Shown here: piece after piece, positions 39,601-49,985 of the stretch
How positions within the stretch are numbered: the first letter of the stretch is position 1
Layout of the letters: every line of letters starts with the position of its first letter
Assembly (NCBI GenBank): GCA_016186625.1
Contig: JACPLG010000003.1
Span: 9,645 to 73,644, forward strand
DNA: 64,000 bases
DNA from: Candidatus Levyibacteriota bacterium
GTDB taxonomy: Bacteria; Patescibacteriota; Microgenomatia; Levybacterales; UBA12049
Reading direction: 5' to 3'
Notes under the pieces: generated by a model
Database searches by the model: none
Seen by the model: only the letters and a program-made list of their open reading frames with translations
What the model was told of the DNA's origin: nothing
Translations under genes and position numbers: made by a program

Positions 39601-40674
39601 TTACAAATTATTTTTTATTTCTTGTGCTAATAATGGATTCCACATGGCTCCGGTTGCGCTCATTACTGCGTCTGCACCTCCCAATCGATATTCAAAATAA
39701 TCATTGGGGTCAGTTACTCCTCCTACTCCAATAATGGCAAACCGCAAACCCAACTCCTCACGAATACTTTTAAGCCTTCGTACCATTTCAAGCCCTGCCC
39801 ATTTAATAGGATGGCCACAGACTCCAGATCTTAAACGATTTTCTCCGGGAAGTGCCTGCTCACCCTTTTCATTATAAATTCTTGCAGGAATTGTATTAAT
39901 TGCTGAAATGCCCTCAACTGTTTTACCAACCAGGAGAACAAGTTTTTCAAGTCGTTTCGGGTCATCAAAGTATGCAATTTTTATTATTAAAGGTGTATTT
40001 CCGATCTCATTTTTTATTACCTCAACAATTTCCCTAGTTCTTGGTAAGTCGAAACAAAGAAGATGCGCTGATCCTTCATTTGGACAAGACAAATTGACTT
40101 CTAAAGCTTTTGCTCCGGTTTCCTTAACCAAACGCGCTGCTAGTACGAAGTCTTTAATATAATTTTTGACATCCCCTTTTGAGTTAGTTGTTCCCTGAAA
40201 ACTTCCGACTACTATTTGTCCCGGCTTTGCATGTTTTACGGCTTTTGCCATGTCTTTTTGCCAAATATCTGGATCATAAGACGGTACACCAAATGAATTT
40301 GTAATTGCAATTGGAGGAGTATATTTATTTATTCCTATCAAGCCCTTATCCGCTTGTTTCAATGTTAAATTTCCGCGTACTTTTACAGCCAAAACATTTG
40401 GCCACTCATTGCAAGTGTGAGGACGAGTTCTGACAGTTTTATAGCTAGTAATATCAAACCCTTTATCTAAAGCCGCATTGACAAATTTTGAATTTAAAAG
40501 TGGACCAGCGGGGATTCCGAAAGGTGTATAGATCGGGATCCCAAAAAGATAGTGATCCGGCTTTCCTTTTTCTTTATATTTTCTTTTATTTACAAACTCT
40601 CCAAATGGTCCTTTTTCATAATTTTCATAGTAAGATTTATTTGGGTCAAAAAATGGAGTACGCAACATTTGCAA
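39601..40674 (-). CDS. pyrD: Dihydroorotate dehydrogenase family protein
   Basis: GIPAGP, YKT, NSFG, EVNLSCPN, INT, SG and IIGVGG motifs; adjacent to pyrC. Confidence 0.8.
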   Translation of the reverse strand: MQMLRTPFFDPNKSYYENYEKGPFGEFVNKRKYKEKGKPDHYLFGIPIYTPFGIPAGPLLNSKFVNAALDKGFDITSYKTVRTRPHTCNEWPNVLAVKVRGNLTLKQADKGLIGINKYTPPIAITNSFGVPSYDPDIWQKDMAKAVKHAKPGQIVVGSFQGTTNSKGDVKNYIKDFVLAARLVKETGAKALEVNLSCPNEGSAHLLCFDLPRTREIVEVIKNEIGNTPLIIKIAYFDDPKRLEKLVLLVGKTVEGISAINTIPARIYNEKGEQALPGENRLRSGVCGHPIKWAGLEMVRRLKSIREELGLRFAIIGVGGVTDPNDYFEYRLGGADAVMSATGAMWNPLLAQEIKNNL

Positions 40675-40676
40675 AA

Positions 40677-41711
40677 TTATAACACTTTTGTTGATCCGGG
40701 TTTGGCCAAGACTTTTCCGTTGTCAAAGACTAATCTATTCCTGATATAAACTTTCCTTACTCTGCCTTTTAGTTTCCAGCCTTCAAACGGTGACCATTTG
40801 CATTTTGTGAAGAGTTTCGAACCCTCTACTATCCATTCTTGGTTTTCATCCACTTCGATCCGAGCATTTTGTTTAATACCGAATAATTTTGCCGGCCCGT
40901 CATAACAAAGGCGTTTTATTTCTTTAATCGACAAACAATCCTGCGATACTGCTCGAAGAAGTAAACCTAAAGTAGTTTCAAGTCCGGGAACTCCAAACGG
41001 CGGTTGTTTCGAACGTTTTTCAGAGGCGATATGCGGTGCGTGATCTGATTCTATGCAATCTACCCATTTTAAATTTTTCCATACAAACTCTGAAAAGGCA
41101 TCATCAATTCGGGGTTTCATGAGGCCAAACGTTCCCAATTTCTTAATATCTTTTTTTGTGAGAAATAAATGATGGGGAGTAACACCACAGGTTATTGGTA
41201 AACCGGCTTTTTTTGCTTTTATTATTTTTTGGAGACTTTCTATTGTTGAGACATGACAAACATGCGTTTTCTTTTTTGTTTTTTTGCAAACATCAATTAC
41301 CAGATCAATAACATCTTCCTCCGCGTGGACTAAGATAGGTTTGTTAATATTATAAGCTTCATAAATTTTTATCAAACTTTTTTTATTAATAATAAAATTC
41401 CCAGTTGTTTTATTTAGAAAAAGTTTCAAACCAAACACTTGGTTTCGAACTTTTGCAAATTCTTCTAAATTATCTCCAAGCGAACCGAAATAAAATCCAA
41501 TGTCAGCAACTATTTGTTTCCTGGCAATTTCTTTTTTTTCTTTTAGAAGTTTTGAGGTTGTTATCGGAATAGCATTGTTTGGCATATCGATTACAAACGT
41601 GTAACCGCCAGCAAGTGCTGCTGAAGTTCCTGTTAAAAAATCTTCCTTATGCGTTTGTCCCGGAGTTCGCAGATGCACATGAGGATCAATAAGCCCTGGT
41701 AAAGTAATCAT
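40677..41711 (-). CDS. pyrC: Dihydroorotase
   Basis: PGLIDPHVHLR, AALAGG, DMPN, TPHHL, SDHAPH and PGLET motifs. Confidence 0.93.
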   Translation of the reverse strand: MITLPGLIDPHVHLRTPGQTHKEDFLTGTSAALAGGYTFVIDMPNNAIPITTSKLLKEKKEIARKQIVADIGFYFGSLGDNLEEFAKVRNQVFGLKLFLNKTTGNFIINKKSLIKIYEAYNINKPILVHAEEDVIDLVIDVCKKTKKKTHVCHVSTIESLQKIIKAKKAGLPITCGVTPHHLFLTKKDIKKLGTFGLMKPRIDDAFSEFVWKNLKWVDCIESDHAPHIASEKRSKQPPFGVPGLETTLGLLLRAVSQDCLSIKEIKRLCYDGPAKLFGIKQNARIEVDENQEWIVEGSKLFTKCKWSPFEGWKLKGRVRKVYIRNRLVFDNGKVLAKPGSTKVL

Positions 41712-42259
41712 TTTAATTTTTTCTTAATATACTCTATTGCATCATTTGGAGTATCTGCGAAATAGAATAGATCCTCATCCAACGGATGGCCAAGAGATGA
41801 TTCCAAAAAACCTTCGTCTTTCATTTTTTGGAGTTGAATCTTTAAACCATTATAAAAATTGTCAGTATTTAAAAATATAATTGGTTTATTATGGTGTTTT
41901 GTTTTCTTAAGTTCAATAATTTCAGTTATCTCGTCCAGTGTTCCTATCCCGCCAACCAAGGCAATAATCGCGTTTGACCGCTCAAGCATTGCTGCTTTTC
42001 GCTCGCCCAAAGATTTGGCAATAATCATCTCATCTGCGTCCTTTCTTGCCAAATGCTGAAAAACTCCATGAGATACCCCATGCAATTTTCCTCCGCCATT
42101 CTTCACTTCATCAGCAATTACTTTCATTAGTCCCTCATCCGTTCCTCCCCAGACAAGATGATATTTATTTTTTGCGAGTAATTCTCCAAATTCCGTAGCA
42201 GCCTTTACATACTTTTCATCAACATTTTGTGCAGAGCAAAAAACAGCAATATATTTCAT
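41708..42259 (-). CDS. LOG family nucleotide phosphoribohydrolase (TIGR00730-like)
   Basis: IAVFCS, VWGG..GLM, ERK and GGIGTLDE motifs. Confidence 0.9.
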   Translation of the reverse strand: MKYIAVFCSAQNVDEKYVKAATEFGELLAKNKYHLVWGGTDEGLMKVIADEVKNGGGKLHGVSHGVFQHLARKDADEMIIAKSLGERKAAMLERSNAIIALVGGIGTLDEITEIIELKKTKHHNKPIIFLNTDNFYNGLKIQLQKMKDEGFLESSLGHPLDEDLFYFADTPNDAIEYIKKKLK

Positions 42260-42564
42260 AGTTCTTTTTTTGCCCAATTTTCTACATCTTTTGTAGTTTG
42301 ATTTACCAGAAGCGACGTTAGAACAAAGGTTTTATAACTATGCAATTTCTTAACCTCACTATTTATTTTTTCAAAATTTTCCGCAACAGAATCCATTATT
42401 AATAAGATCTCCTCCGAAGATTTGATTTTCTTCTCCCAAAGAAATGATGAAGAGACAGGAAGTTTTTTTGCGCAGACTATTAATTTTTCCTTAAGAAGAG
42501 TATTGGCAATTTTGTCCGCTTCCTTCTCATTTGCACAAGTCAAAAGAAGAACGATCATTTGCAT
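42256..42564 (-). CDS. cutA: Divalent-cation tolerance protein CutA
   Basis: EADKIA..LL..KL..C, S.F.W and LHSY motifs. Confidence 0.88.
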   Translation of the reverse strand: MQMIVLLLTCANEKEADKIANTLLKEKLIVCAKKLPVSSSFLWEKKIKSSEEILLIMDSVAENFEKINSEVKKLHSYKTFVLTSLLVNQTTKDVENWAKKEL

Positions 42565-42728
42565 GCGCCAATTATAACAAAAGTATTTTAGAAAATTTGT
42601 TATAAAGTTTTCTCAGTACAACACTACGCTATAGCATATCATTGTAATTTGATATTTTATGTTTAGATTGATCTAAAACGAGAAAATTAAATCATCACAA
42701 ATTTTGCTCGAGCAAAATTTTCGTGGAG
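42562..42728 (-). repeat. About 165-bp promoter/leader direct repeat, copy A (upstream of cutA)
   Basis: 42624-42728 nearly identical to 44110-44213; weaker similarity continues to the ATG; contains the 22-bp palindrome AAATTTTGCTCGAGCAAAATTT. Confidence 0.9.
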
Positions 42729-42740
42729 TTAAAGGAGAGT

Positions 42741-43196
42741 TTACCCTCTTATTTTATCTGCAAGCTTTGCTAATTCTTTATCTGGAGCTCTTTTGTAGTC
42801 GTGTGAAGAGATATATCCTTCATATTTTTCAAAATATTTATCTACATTAGATTTAATTTCTTGCCATTTTTTCATATCAGCGGTTCCGTGCATTGGGAAA
42901 AGTTTGGCATGAACATGATCCACTCCAAAACCTTCAAAAATCATTCCAGTTCTACCAACTCCTTCTAATTTATTGTCGAGAAGCCTTCCAACTTTCTGTG
43001 AAGCCAAAACAAGATCAATCAAAACATTTCTAGGTAAATCAAAAGCATAGCTTGCATAATGTTTTTTAGGAATAACAACAGTGAAACCTTTTGTGTTGGG
43101 AAAAATAGAAAGGAAGGCTATATGTTTTTCATCTTCCCAGATTTTATGGGATGGGGCTTCTCCATTTACAATCTTACAAAAAATACAATCTTTCAC
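42741..43196 (-). CDS. HIT family hydrolase
   Basis: (M)KDCIFCKI and VDHVHAKL motifs; GTG start 7 nt after TATAAT. Confidence 0.9.
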   Translation of the reverse strand: MKDCIFCKIVNGEAPSHKIWEDEKHIAFLSIFPNTKGFTVVIPKKHYASYAFDLPRNVLIDLVLASQKVGRLLDNKLEGVGRTGMIFEGFGVDHVHAKLFPMHGTADMKKWQEIKSNVDKYFEKYEGYISSHDYKRAPDKELAKLADKIRG

Positions 43197-43210
43197 CTCG
43201 CCAATTATAG

Positions 43211-43269
43211 CCCTTCGGCTTCGCTCAGGGCAAGCACCCCACTTCACTTCGGTTTCACTCAGTGTAAAC
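43211..43269 (+). repeat. Two tandem REP-like CTTCG..CTCAG units
   Basis: CCCTTCGGCTTCGCTCAGGGCAAG and CACTTCGGTTTCACTCAGTGTAAAC. Confidence 0.65.
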
Positions 43270-43300
43270 GCCGAGGGCTACGAGGGGCAGGGGAAGAAAA

Positions 43301-44047
43301 TTATTCGAAGAGCGGATGTCCTGGAAGAATTATCCTATCCCCTGTTTTTAGTTGATTTTTAATCCTAGTATAAGCCGATTGGTTGAGAAATCTAAGACTC
43401 TTGTAAATCATCTCTTGATCAATAGTCTTTCCATTTCTTACATCCATAGCATGATTAATAACTATTGATCCATTAACATCAAGGAATTTTAATTTTTTAG
43501 ACTCCACGTATATATCTTTATGAGTTAGCGGGAATTTACCAGACTCCAGTATCACCAAAGCTCTTGCGGCAAATAAAACAGCTTTTGAAAACTGTATGGA
43601 TGCTGTGACTAAATCATTTTTTCTGGCGGAAAGTAAAGCGCCAAGTGCGTAGGATGTTTCAAAGATAATTACTTCAATTAAATCAGATAGTTTAATTTGA
43701 GGAGACTTTAGCTTTCGTATAATATTTTCTCCTGCAATTGTAATTGATTCTTCAACCAATTCTTTTAAATAAACTGCCTTAGGAAAAGGAGTATCAATTA
43801 TGTACCGCTCAATTTCTTCCAAAACAAACGAGTAAATATTAATATTTGGATTGTTGTGAAGTTGGGCTAGCTTAATACGCTCCCATCTCTTAGTTTTACT
43901 AAAAATAACTCCGACTTCATAATCACTGTCCTCTTTAAAATCATCTCTGGCTCTAGATCCATAAACAAAAATTGAAACAGGCTTAGCTTCTTTCTCAATT
44001 TTATCAATTACAGAAAGTATATCTTTTGGAAAATCTGTTTTTTTCAT
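43301..44047 (-). CDS. Pol-beta-type nucleotidyltransferase with HEPN-like helical C-terminus
   Basis: FVYGSRARDD..EDSDYE motif; C-terminal SKAVLFAARAL..THKD; ATG at 44047 after TATAAT. Confidence 0.75.
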   Translation of the reverse strand: MKKTDFPKDILSVIDKIEKEAKPVSIFVYGSRARDDFKEDSDYEVGVIFSKTKRWERIKLAQLHNNPNINIYSFVLEEIERYIIDTPFPKAVYLKELVEESITIAGENIIRKLKSPQIKLSDLIEVIIFETSYALGALLSARKNDLVTASIQFSKAVLFAARALVILESGKFPLTHKDIYVESKKLKFLDVNGSIVINHAMDVRNGKTIDQEMIYKSLRFLNQSAYTRIKNQLKTGDRIILPGHPLFE

Positions 44048-44213
44048 TCGCCAATTATAGCAGAAGTGCTTGAAACATTTGTCTTGGGAGACTTTCTCTT
44101 GGTACAAGCCTACGCTATAGCGTATCATTGTAATTTTATATTTTATGTTCAGGTGGTCTAAAACGAGAAAATTAAATCATCACAAATTTTGCTCGAGCAA
44201 AATTTGCGTGGAG
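44045..44213 (-). repeat. About 165-bp promoter/leader direct repeat, copy B (upstream of the NTase)
   Basis: Matches copy A (42562-42728). Confidence 0.9.
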
Positions 44214-44501
44214 GGAGAATAGATTTATTAAATACTTCAATACTTTAAAGTAATGAAGTATTCCATTTATAAGTTCCTTTTTTGTGGAATGGTTAAGCGG
44301 TATAATATAGGTATGGATTTACTAAAACCAATTAAAGTCGATGGTGTGCACCCCAGGTTTACACCCCGGGGGTGGATTTTCCTTTACACCCTAGGATTGA
44401 TAATATAGAAAGAATTAGAACCAGCCTTTTCTTTTCGCCCTCAAACTTTCTGAATCTTCCTTCCCACTTGGAATGTGGGAAGGTAGTTTTGAGTACTAGT
44501 A

Positions 44502-45389
44502 CTAGAACCAGCTGCGTTTTTTAGAGTTATCAAACTCGCGAAGCAATTCTTTTTGGCGGGAGGAAAGATTTTTAGGAACTGTAACTTTTATTTGGACATA
44601 GTGATCTCCTTTGCCAGTTCCGCGAACATGAGAAATTCCTTTTTGGCTCAATCGAATAACTGTATTTGGCTGTGTCCCTCCCGGTATCCTAAGTTTTACT
44701 TCCCCCTCAACTGTTTCAACATTAATCTCAGTCCCCAAGGCAGCCTGGGCAAAACTAATTTCCTCTTCTGTAACAACATCGTATCCTTCTCTTCTAAACT
44801 TAGAATGGGGACGAACTTCAATAAGAACATCATAATCTCCAAAACGGACACGCGAACCATTATCAACTCCGGGTGGAATTTTTACAGTTTGGTTTTTACC
44901 TTCAACAGAAATTCTCTTCGTCACCCCTTTTACAGCTTCCATAAAATCGATTTGCAAAGAGTAGACAGGGCGTCTTTGTGCCCGGCCAAAAGGTGAAGCG
45001 CCGCCAAAGAATTGTTCGAATATTTCAAACGGGTCTGAAAACCCGCCAAAGTCAAACCCGCCGCCGTTACCCGATGTTGTGTAAGTGTATGTAAACGGCC
45101 CGTATTGACCTGTTTGCGTTCCACCAAAAGGACCACCAGCTCCAAAAGGTCCTTGACCTGCTCCTTGTTCAAATGCGGCGTGACCAAACTGATCATAGGC
45201 TTGTCTTTTTTGCGGATCCGACAAAACCTCATAGGCTTTTGTTACCTCTTTAAATTTTTCCTCCGAGGCTTTATCCCCTTTATTCCTGTCAGGATGATGC
45301 TGCAGGGCAAGCTTACGATATGCTTTTTTTATTTCAACATCCGTTGCGCTTTTTGTAATTCCTAAAACTTGATAATAATCTTTGTTCAT
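44502..45389 (-). CDS. dnaJ: DnaJ-family co-chaperone lacking the Zn finger (class B)
   Basis: DYYQVLG, HPD, G/F region and C-terminal domain; no CxxCxGxG. Confidence 0.9.
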   Translation of the reverse strand: MNKDYYQVLGITKSATDVEIKKAYRKLALQHHPDRNKGDKASEEKFKEVTKAYEVLSDPQKRQAYDQFGHAAFEQGAGQGPFGAGGPFGGTQTGQYGPFTYTYTTSGNGGGFDFGGFSDPFEIFEQFFGGASPFGRAQRRPVYSLQIDFMEAVKGVTKRISVEGKNQTVKIPPGVDNGSRVRFGDYDVLIEVRPHSKFRREGYDVVTEEEISFAQAALGTEINVETVEGEVKLRIPGGTQPNTVIRLSQKGISHVRGTGKGDHYVQIKVTVPKNLSSRQKELLREFDNSKKRSWF

Positions 45390-45532
45390 AAATTAGTTAT
45401 TAGATACTAGTTAATAGATATTAGTCTCACCGCTAATTATATAATACTTGCGCGGGAAGCTGGTGAAATTTTCGCAGGACGACAAGCGAATTGCGTGTCC
45501 AAGAAAATTTTACTAGCGACCTCAGCGCTTTC

Positions 45533-47338
45533 TCATTTCACAGTGACGCTTTTTGCTAAATTTCTTGGTTTATCCGGATCTTTAATACCACGAGAAAGTG
45601 CCAGATAATAAGCAAATAGCTGCGAAATTACGACTTGCGGAATAATTGTTGCTTCTGTAATATCGCGTGTTTGTAAAAATCTGTCAAACACATCACTTTT
45701 TCGCGGTCCAATGCCAATAATAAATCCTCCCCGTGCCTTAACTTCTTGCGCATTTGAAATAATATCGTCAAACGTCTCGTCATTTGGCGCAATAATGAAA
45801 ACCGGGGTACCTTTTTCAATAAGAGCAATTACCCCATGTTTTAATTCTCCACCCGCAAAGCCTTCAGCGTGAACATATGTAGTTTCTTTTATTTTTAAAG
45901 TCGCCTCAAGAGCTGTAGCATAAGACAGCCCGCGGCCTAGTATATAAATATGTTCTTTATTTTTAAACTCCAAGGCAAGCTTTTTGATATTTTTTGTGTA
46001 ATCTTCTTTAAGAATTTCCTCAACGTTTTTTGCTGCGGATAATAATAAGTTTTTGGCTTCTTTTTGTTTTTTAACCAGTGTATATGCTGTTAGAAAAAGA
46101 ACAGATATCATTGCGGTAAAGCTTTTTGTCCCAATAACTGCCTTTTCTGAACCTGCTCCTAACAACACTTTAAAATCTGATTGTCTATATAGTGTAGAAC
46201 CTAACACATTTACCAAAGACGCTACCTTAGATCCTTTTTGTTTTGCTCTATTAACAGGTTCAACAATATCAATTGTTTCTCCACTTTGGGAAATAGGAAT
46301 TACTAAGCTTTTTGGAGTTAAATAATTCTCAAGGTAATTAAACTCAGAACCAATTGAAAAATTTACGTGTCTTTTAGCAATACTTGAAAAAAGATAGGTA
46401 CCAAAAAGCCCAGCGTAAGAGGCAGTTCCACAGCCTAATAAAAATGTACCATATGATTCTTTTATAAGTTTCGCAAGCTTCTTTGTTTGATCGCTGTAAT
46501 TTAATGCGATATTACTGATAACCTGAGGTTGTTCATGGATTTCTTTTAACAAAAAATGCTCAAATCTACCTTTGATTGCGTCTTCAAACTTCCAGTCTAA
46601 AGTATTTACCGCTGGCTCAAGCTCTTCACCTTCTGGCAATTTTGTGAGTCTCAACTTTTTACCCAACATTACCATCTGATTGTCCTCGAGAAATACTATT
46701 TTATTCGTATGCTTTAGTATTCCTATAGCATCAGATGCAACATAAAATTCATTTTCTGAAACGCCAATTATTAAAGGGGAACCAGTTTTTGCAGCAGCAA
46801 TTTCATTTGTATCAGCGTTTATTGCAACAATCGCATTGAGTCCTTTGATTTGGTTAAACGCCAACCTAAACGCCTCAGTAAATCCTTTGCCTTGCAAGGT
46901 CTCACCTTTTGAGGCTAAATATTCCTCGATGAGGTGTGGAAATACTTCAGTATCGGTCTCGGAGAGAAAACTGTGTCCTTTTTTTAATAAAACTTCTTTT
47001 AACTCCTGATAATTCTCGATTATTCCGTTATGAACTACTGCAATATTTTTGGTGCAGTCCAAATGAGGGTGAGAATTTTCTTGCGTTACTCCTCCATGCG
47101 TTGCCCAGCGGGTATGACCGATTCCGAGGGCGCTTTGGGGTAAGTCAACTTTCGCATCCCCAATCTTCCCAACATGCTTTTCAACGGCTAAGAAACTTTT
47201 GACTTTTGCATTTTGACTTTTGACTTTCGTTGCTATTCCCCAGGAATCATAACCGCGATACTCCAAAAGACGAAGTCCTTCAAGAATCATTCCTGCTGCA
47301 TTTGTCTTTTTCCCAACGTAACCAAAAATCCCACACAT
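45533..47338 (-). CDS. glmS: Glutamine-fructose-6-phosphate transaminase
   Basis: MCGIFG start; LEYRGYDS, GHTRWATHG, SQSGET, ELKHG and PRNLAKSVT motifs. Confidence 0.97.
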   Translation of the reverse strand: MCGIFGYVGKKTNAAGMILEGLRLLEYRGYDSWGIATKVKSQNAKVKSFLAVEKHVGKIGDAKVDLPQSALGIGHTRWATHGGVTQENSHPHLDCTKNIAVVHNGIIENYQELKEVLLKKGHSFLSETDTEVFPHLIEEYLASKGETLQGKGFTEAFRLAFNQIKGLNAIVAINADTNEIAAAKTGSPLIIGVSENEFYVASDAIGILKHTNKIVFLEDNQMVMLGKKLRLTKLPEGEELEPAVNTLDWKFEDAIKGRFEHFLLKEIHEQPQVISNIALNYSDQTKKLAKLIKESYGTFLLGCGTASYAGLFGTYLFSSIAKRHVNFSIGSEFNYLENYLTPKSLVIPISQSGETIDIVEPVNRAKQKGSKVASLVNVLGSTLYRQSDFKVLLGAGSEKAVIGTKSFTAMISVLFLTAYTLVKKQKEAKNLLLSAAKNVEEILKEDYTKNIKKLALEFKNKEHIYILGRGLSYATALEATLKIKETTYVHAEGFAGGELKHGVIALIEKGTPVFIIAPNDETFDDIISNAQEVKARGGFIIGIGPRKSDVFDRFLQTRDITEATIIPQVVISQLFAYYLALSRGIKDPDKPRNLAKSVTVK

Positions 47339-47390
47339 AAAACTAGCTACTAGCAACTAGCCATTAGCTACTAGTTTCGACATTATATAA

Positions 47391-47417
47391 TAAAAACCGC
47401 TCCCCGCGGTCATTTTT
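47391..47417 (-). terminator. Possible intrinsic terminator after dnaK
   Basis: ACCGC-GGGGA-GCGGT followed by a T run on both strands. Confidence 0.45.
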
Positions 47418-47441
47418 TAGATTTTATCTTTAATTTTTTAT

Positions 47442-49385
47442 TTAGTTAACGACTTCGCCTTCAACAGGTTTATCCTCCGAAGCTTTAGCAGAGGAGGACT
47501 CATCCTTTTTTTCCTCCGAACTCGAACCGTCTCCGCTTGAAGCCGTTTGCCCATCCCCAGTTGTTTGTTGGGTGCTGTCTGTTGGCTGTTGTCCTTGGCT
47601 ATACATTTGCTGACCTACTTTTTGAAGACTGTCTGATAAATCTTTGGTTTTGGTCTCAATTTCTTCCTTTGCTCCAGTTATTAGACTATCTTTCAGCGCT
47701 TTTATTTTATCTTCAACCTCTTTTTTATCTTCTTCCGCTACTTTGTCGCCTGCATCTTTAAGAGTTTTCTCTGCTGTAAAAATCAGCGAATCTGCCTGGT
47801 TTCTGGTCTCAGCCGAAGTTCTTGCCTCCTCGTCTTCTTTAGCATGAGCCTCGGCGTCTTTGGTCATCTTCTCGATTTCTTCGTCCGTTAAACCAGTTGA
47901 GCCGGTGATTTTTATGCTTTGTTCTTTTCCAGTTGCTTTATCCGCTGCTTTTACATTTAAAATTCCATTGGCATCTATATCAAAAGTTACTTCAACTTGA
48001 GGAACGCCCCGGGGTGCAGGAGGAATTCCGTCCAAAATAAAGCGGCCAAGCGATTTATTATCCGCTGCCATTGCGCGCTCTCCCTGCAAAACATTAATTT
48101 CCACTTGCGTCTGATTATCTGCAGCCGTTGAAAAAACCTGAGATTTTGAAGTTGGAATTGTGGTATTTTTGGTAATTAGAGGTGTTGAGACTCCACCTAA
48201 GGTTTCTATTCCCAAAGTCAGAGGTGTTACATCCAAAAGAAGTACATCTTTTACTTCTCCGCCCAAAACTCCAGCTTGAACAGCAGCTCCAACTGCTACA
48301 ACTTCATCAGGATTAACGCTCTTATTAGGCTCTTTGCCAAAGAATTTGGTTACTGTTTCAACTATTTTTGGCATTCTGGTCATTCCCCCAACCAGAACCA
48401 CCTCATCAATATCTCCCACTTTTATTTTTGCATCTTTAAGTGCCGTCTCAACCGGTTTTAGGGTTTTTTGAATAAGAGGATCAACTATTTGCTCCAGTTT
48501 TGAACGGGATAGATTCATTGTCAAGTGTAGTGGACCGGATGCTCCCTGGGTTATAAATGGCTGGTTAATCTGGGCTTCTTGTGAGCTTGATAATTCTATC
48601 TTTGCTTTCTCCGCCGATTCTCTAAGTCTTTGAAGTGCTTGTGGATCTTTCCGCAAATCTACCTGATTTTCTTTTTGGAACTCCTCAGCAATGTAATCAA
48701 TTATTGCCTGATCAAAATCGTCCCCTCCCAAATGTGTGTCTCCATTTGTGGATTTAACTTCATAAACCCCTTCTCCAAGTTCCAATATTGAAATGTCAAA
48801 AGTACCACCGCCAAGATCATATACGGCAATTGTATGAGCATTCTTTTTGTCTAGACCATATGCAAGCGCCGCAGCTGTGGGTTCGTTAATAATTCGCAAA
48901 ACTTCAAGACCTGCAATTTCTCCAGCTTGTTTTGTGGCTTGACGCTGTGAATCATCAAAATACGCCGGGACTGTAATGACTGCTTGGGTAACTTTTGATC
49001 CAAGGTAAGCTTCTGCGTCAGCTTTAATTTTTTGTAAAATTTTGGCTGAGATTTCCTGAGGAGTAAATGTCCTTCCTTCAACTTCCACGTCAGCCATTCC
49101 ATCCCTGCCAGCCTTAATGGTGTAAGGAAGCCATTTGATATCAAACGCAACTGTTGAATCTTTAAACTTTCTTCCCATCAACCTTTTTATTGAAAAGATT
49201 GTAGTTCTTGGTTTTAGAACAAGCTGGCGTTTGGCCACATCGCCCACTACATGACTAATCGGATCAACCACTGATGGAATAACATTGCGGCCCTCCCGGG
49301 AGTGGATGACCTTAGGAGATCCTCCTTCCATAACCGCAACCGCTGAATTTGTTGTACCAAGGTCTATTCCTATAATCTTTGCCAT
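47442..49385 (-). CDS. dnaK: Chaperone DnaK
   Basis: [23 protein letters not shown] and NPDEVVA motifs. Confidence 0.99.
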   Translation of the reverse strand: MAKIIGIDLGTTNSAVAVMEGGSPKVIHSREGRNVIPSVVDPISHVVGDVAKRQLVLKPRTTIFSIKRLMGRKFKDSTVAFDIKWLPYTIKAGRDGMADVEVEGRTFTPQEISAKILQKIKADAEAYLGSKVTQAVITVPAYFDDSQRQATKQAGEIAGLEVLRIINEPTAAALAYGLDKKNAHTIAVYDLGGGTFDISILELGEGVYEVKSTNGDTHLGGDDFDQAIIDYIAEEFQKENQVDLRKDPQALQRLRESAEKAKIELSSSQEAQINQPFITQGASGPLHLTMNLSRSKLEQIVDPLIQKTLKPVETALKDAKIKVGDIDEVVLVGGMTRMPKIVETVTKFFGKEPNKSVNPDEVVAVGAAVQAGVLGGEVKDVLLLDVTPLTLGIETLGGVSTPLITKNTTIPTSKSQVFSTAADNQTQVEINVLQGERAMAADNKSLGRFILDGIPPAPRGVPQVEVTFDIDANGILNVKAADKATGKEQSIKITGSTGLTDEEIEKMTKDAEAHAKEDEEARTSAETRNQADSLIFTAEKTLKDAGDKVAEEDKKEVEDKIKALKDSLITGAKEEIETKTKDLSDSLQKVGQQMYSQGQQPTDSTQQTTGDGQTASSGDGSSSEEKKDESSSAKASEDKPVEGEVVN

Positions 49386-49394
49386 AATACTTTA

Positions 49395-49483
49395 ATTTTC
49401 AATTATTAATTTCTAATTTTCAATCAATTATCAATGCTTAAATGTTTCATTGAAAATTCATTGTAAACTGAAATTGCAAATTG
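49395..49483. repeat. Heptamer-periodic imperfect inverted repeat
   Basis: ATTTTCA/ATTTCTA units mirrored by TGAAAAT/TGAAATT. Confidence 0.55.
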
Positions 49484-49924
49484 TTAATTAGTTTGCTTCC
49501 CGACAACCACCTGTGCTGGTCTCAGGATCTCACCATTTAGGCTAAACCCTGGTCTTATTTCTTCAAGTACCTTCCCTTCTTCTCCCTCTGCTACCCTCAC
49601 ACATTCCATAGTGTTGGGGTCAAACTCCTCAGTCTCCGTTTTCATTCTTTCTACTCCTTCTTCTGCGAGTATGTCTAAGAACTTTCGGATTGACAAGTCC
49701 AGTCCCTCATCTTGTATGTGTTTCTGTGCAAGAAAAAGAGTGTCCAAAACTGGTAAAAGTTTTGCAATTAAATTTTTATTTGCCACTCTTGCAAAAGACT
49801 GTCTCTCGTCTGAAATTCTTTTCTCAAGATTTTGATAGTCTGCAAGTGCTCTTTTTAACTGATTTTCAAGGTTCTCAAGTTCTTTATTTTCGATTTGTTC
49901 ATTTTTCTTATCATCTTTCTTCAT
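49484..49924 (-). CDS. grpE: Nucleotide exchange factor GrpE
   Basis: RALADYQN, LLPVLD, FDPN and LRPAQV motifs. Confidence 0.95.
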   Translation of the reverse strand: MKKDDKKNEQIENKELENLENQLKRALADYQNLEKRISDERQSFARVANKNLIAKLLPVLDTLFLAQKHIQDEGLDLSIRKFLDILAEEGVERMKTETEEFDPNTMECVRVAEGEEGKVLEEIRPGFSLNGEILRPAQVVVGKQTN

Positions 49925-49985
49925 TTTCGTTCTAAATCGTATTTGCTATTTTCTATTTAATATTTTGTATCGAGCCTTTGGCTCG

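Noticed and set aside
43197-43247. N-terminal extension of HIT (GACPERSRR) as an in-frame repeat insertion
   Set aside because: The -10 box and the KDCIFC consensus put the start at 43196, so the repeat is intergenic.
44048-44128. N-terminal extension of the NTase
   Set aside because: It lies within the duplicated promoter module.
47339-47441. glmS ribozyme
   Set aside because: The leader is about 100 nt of AT-rich heptamer repeats with no recognisable ribozyme core.
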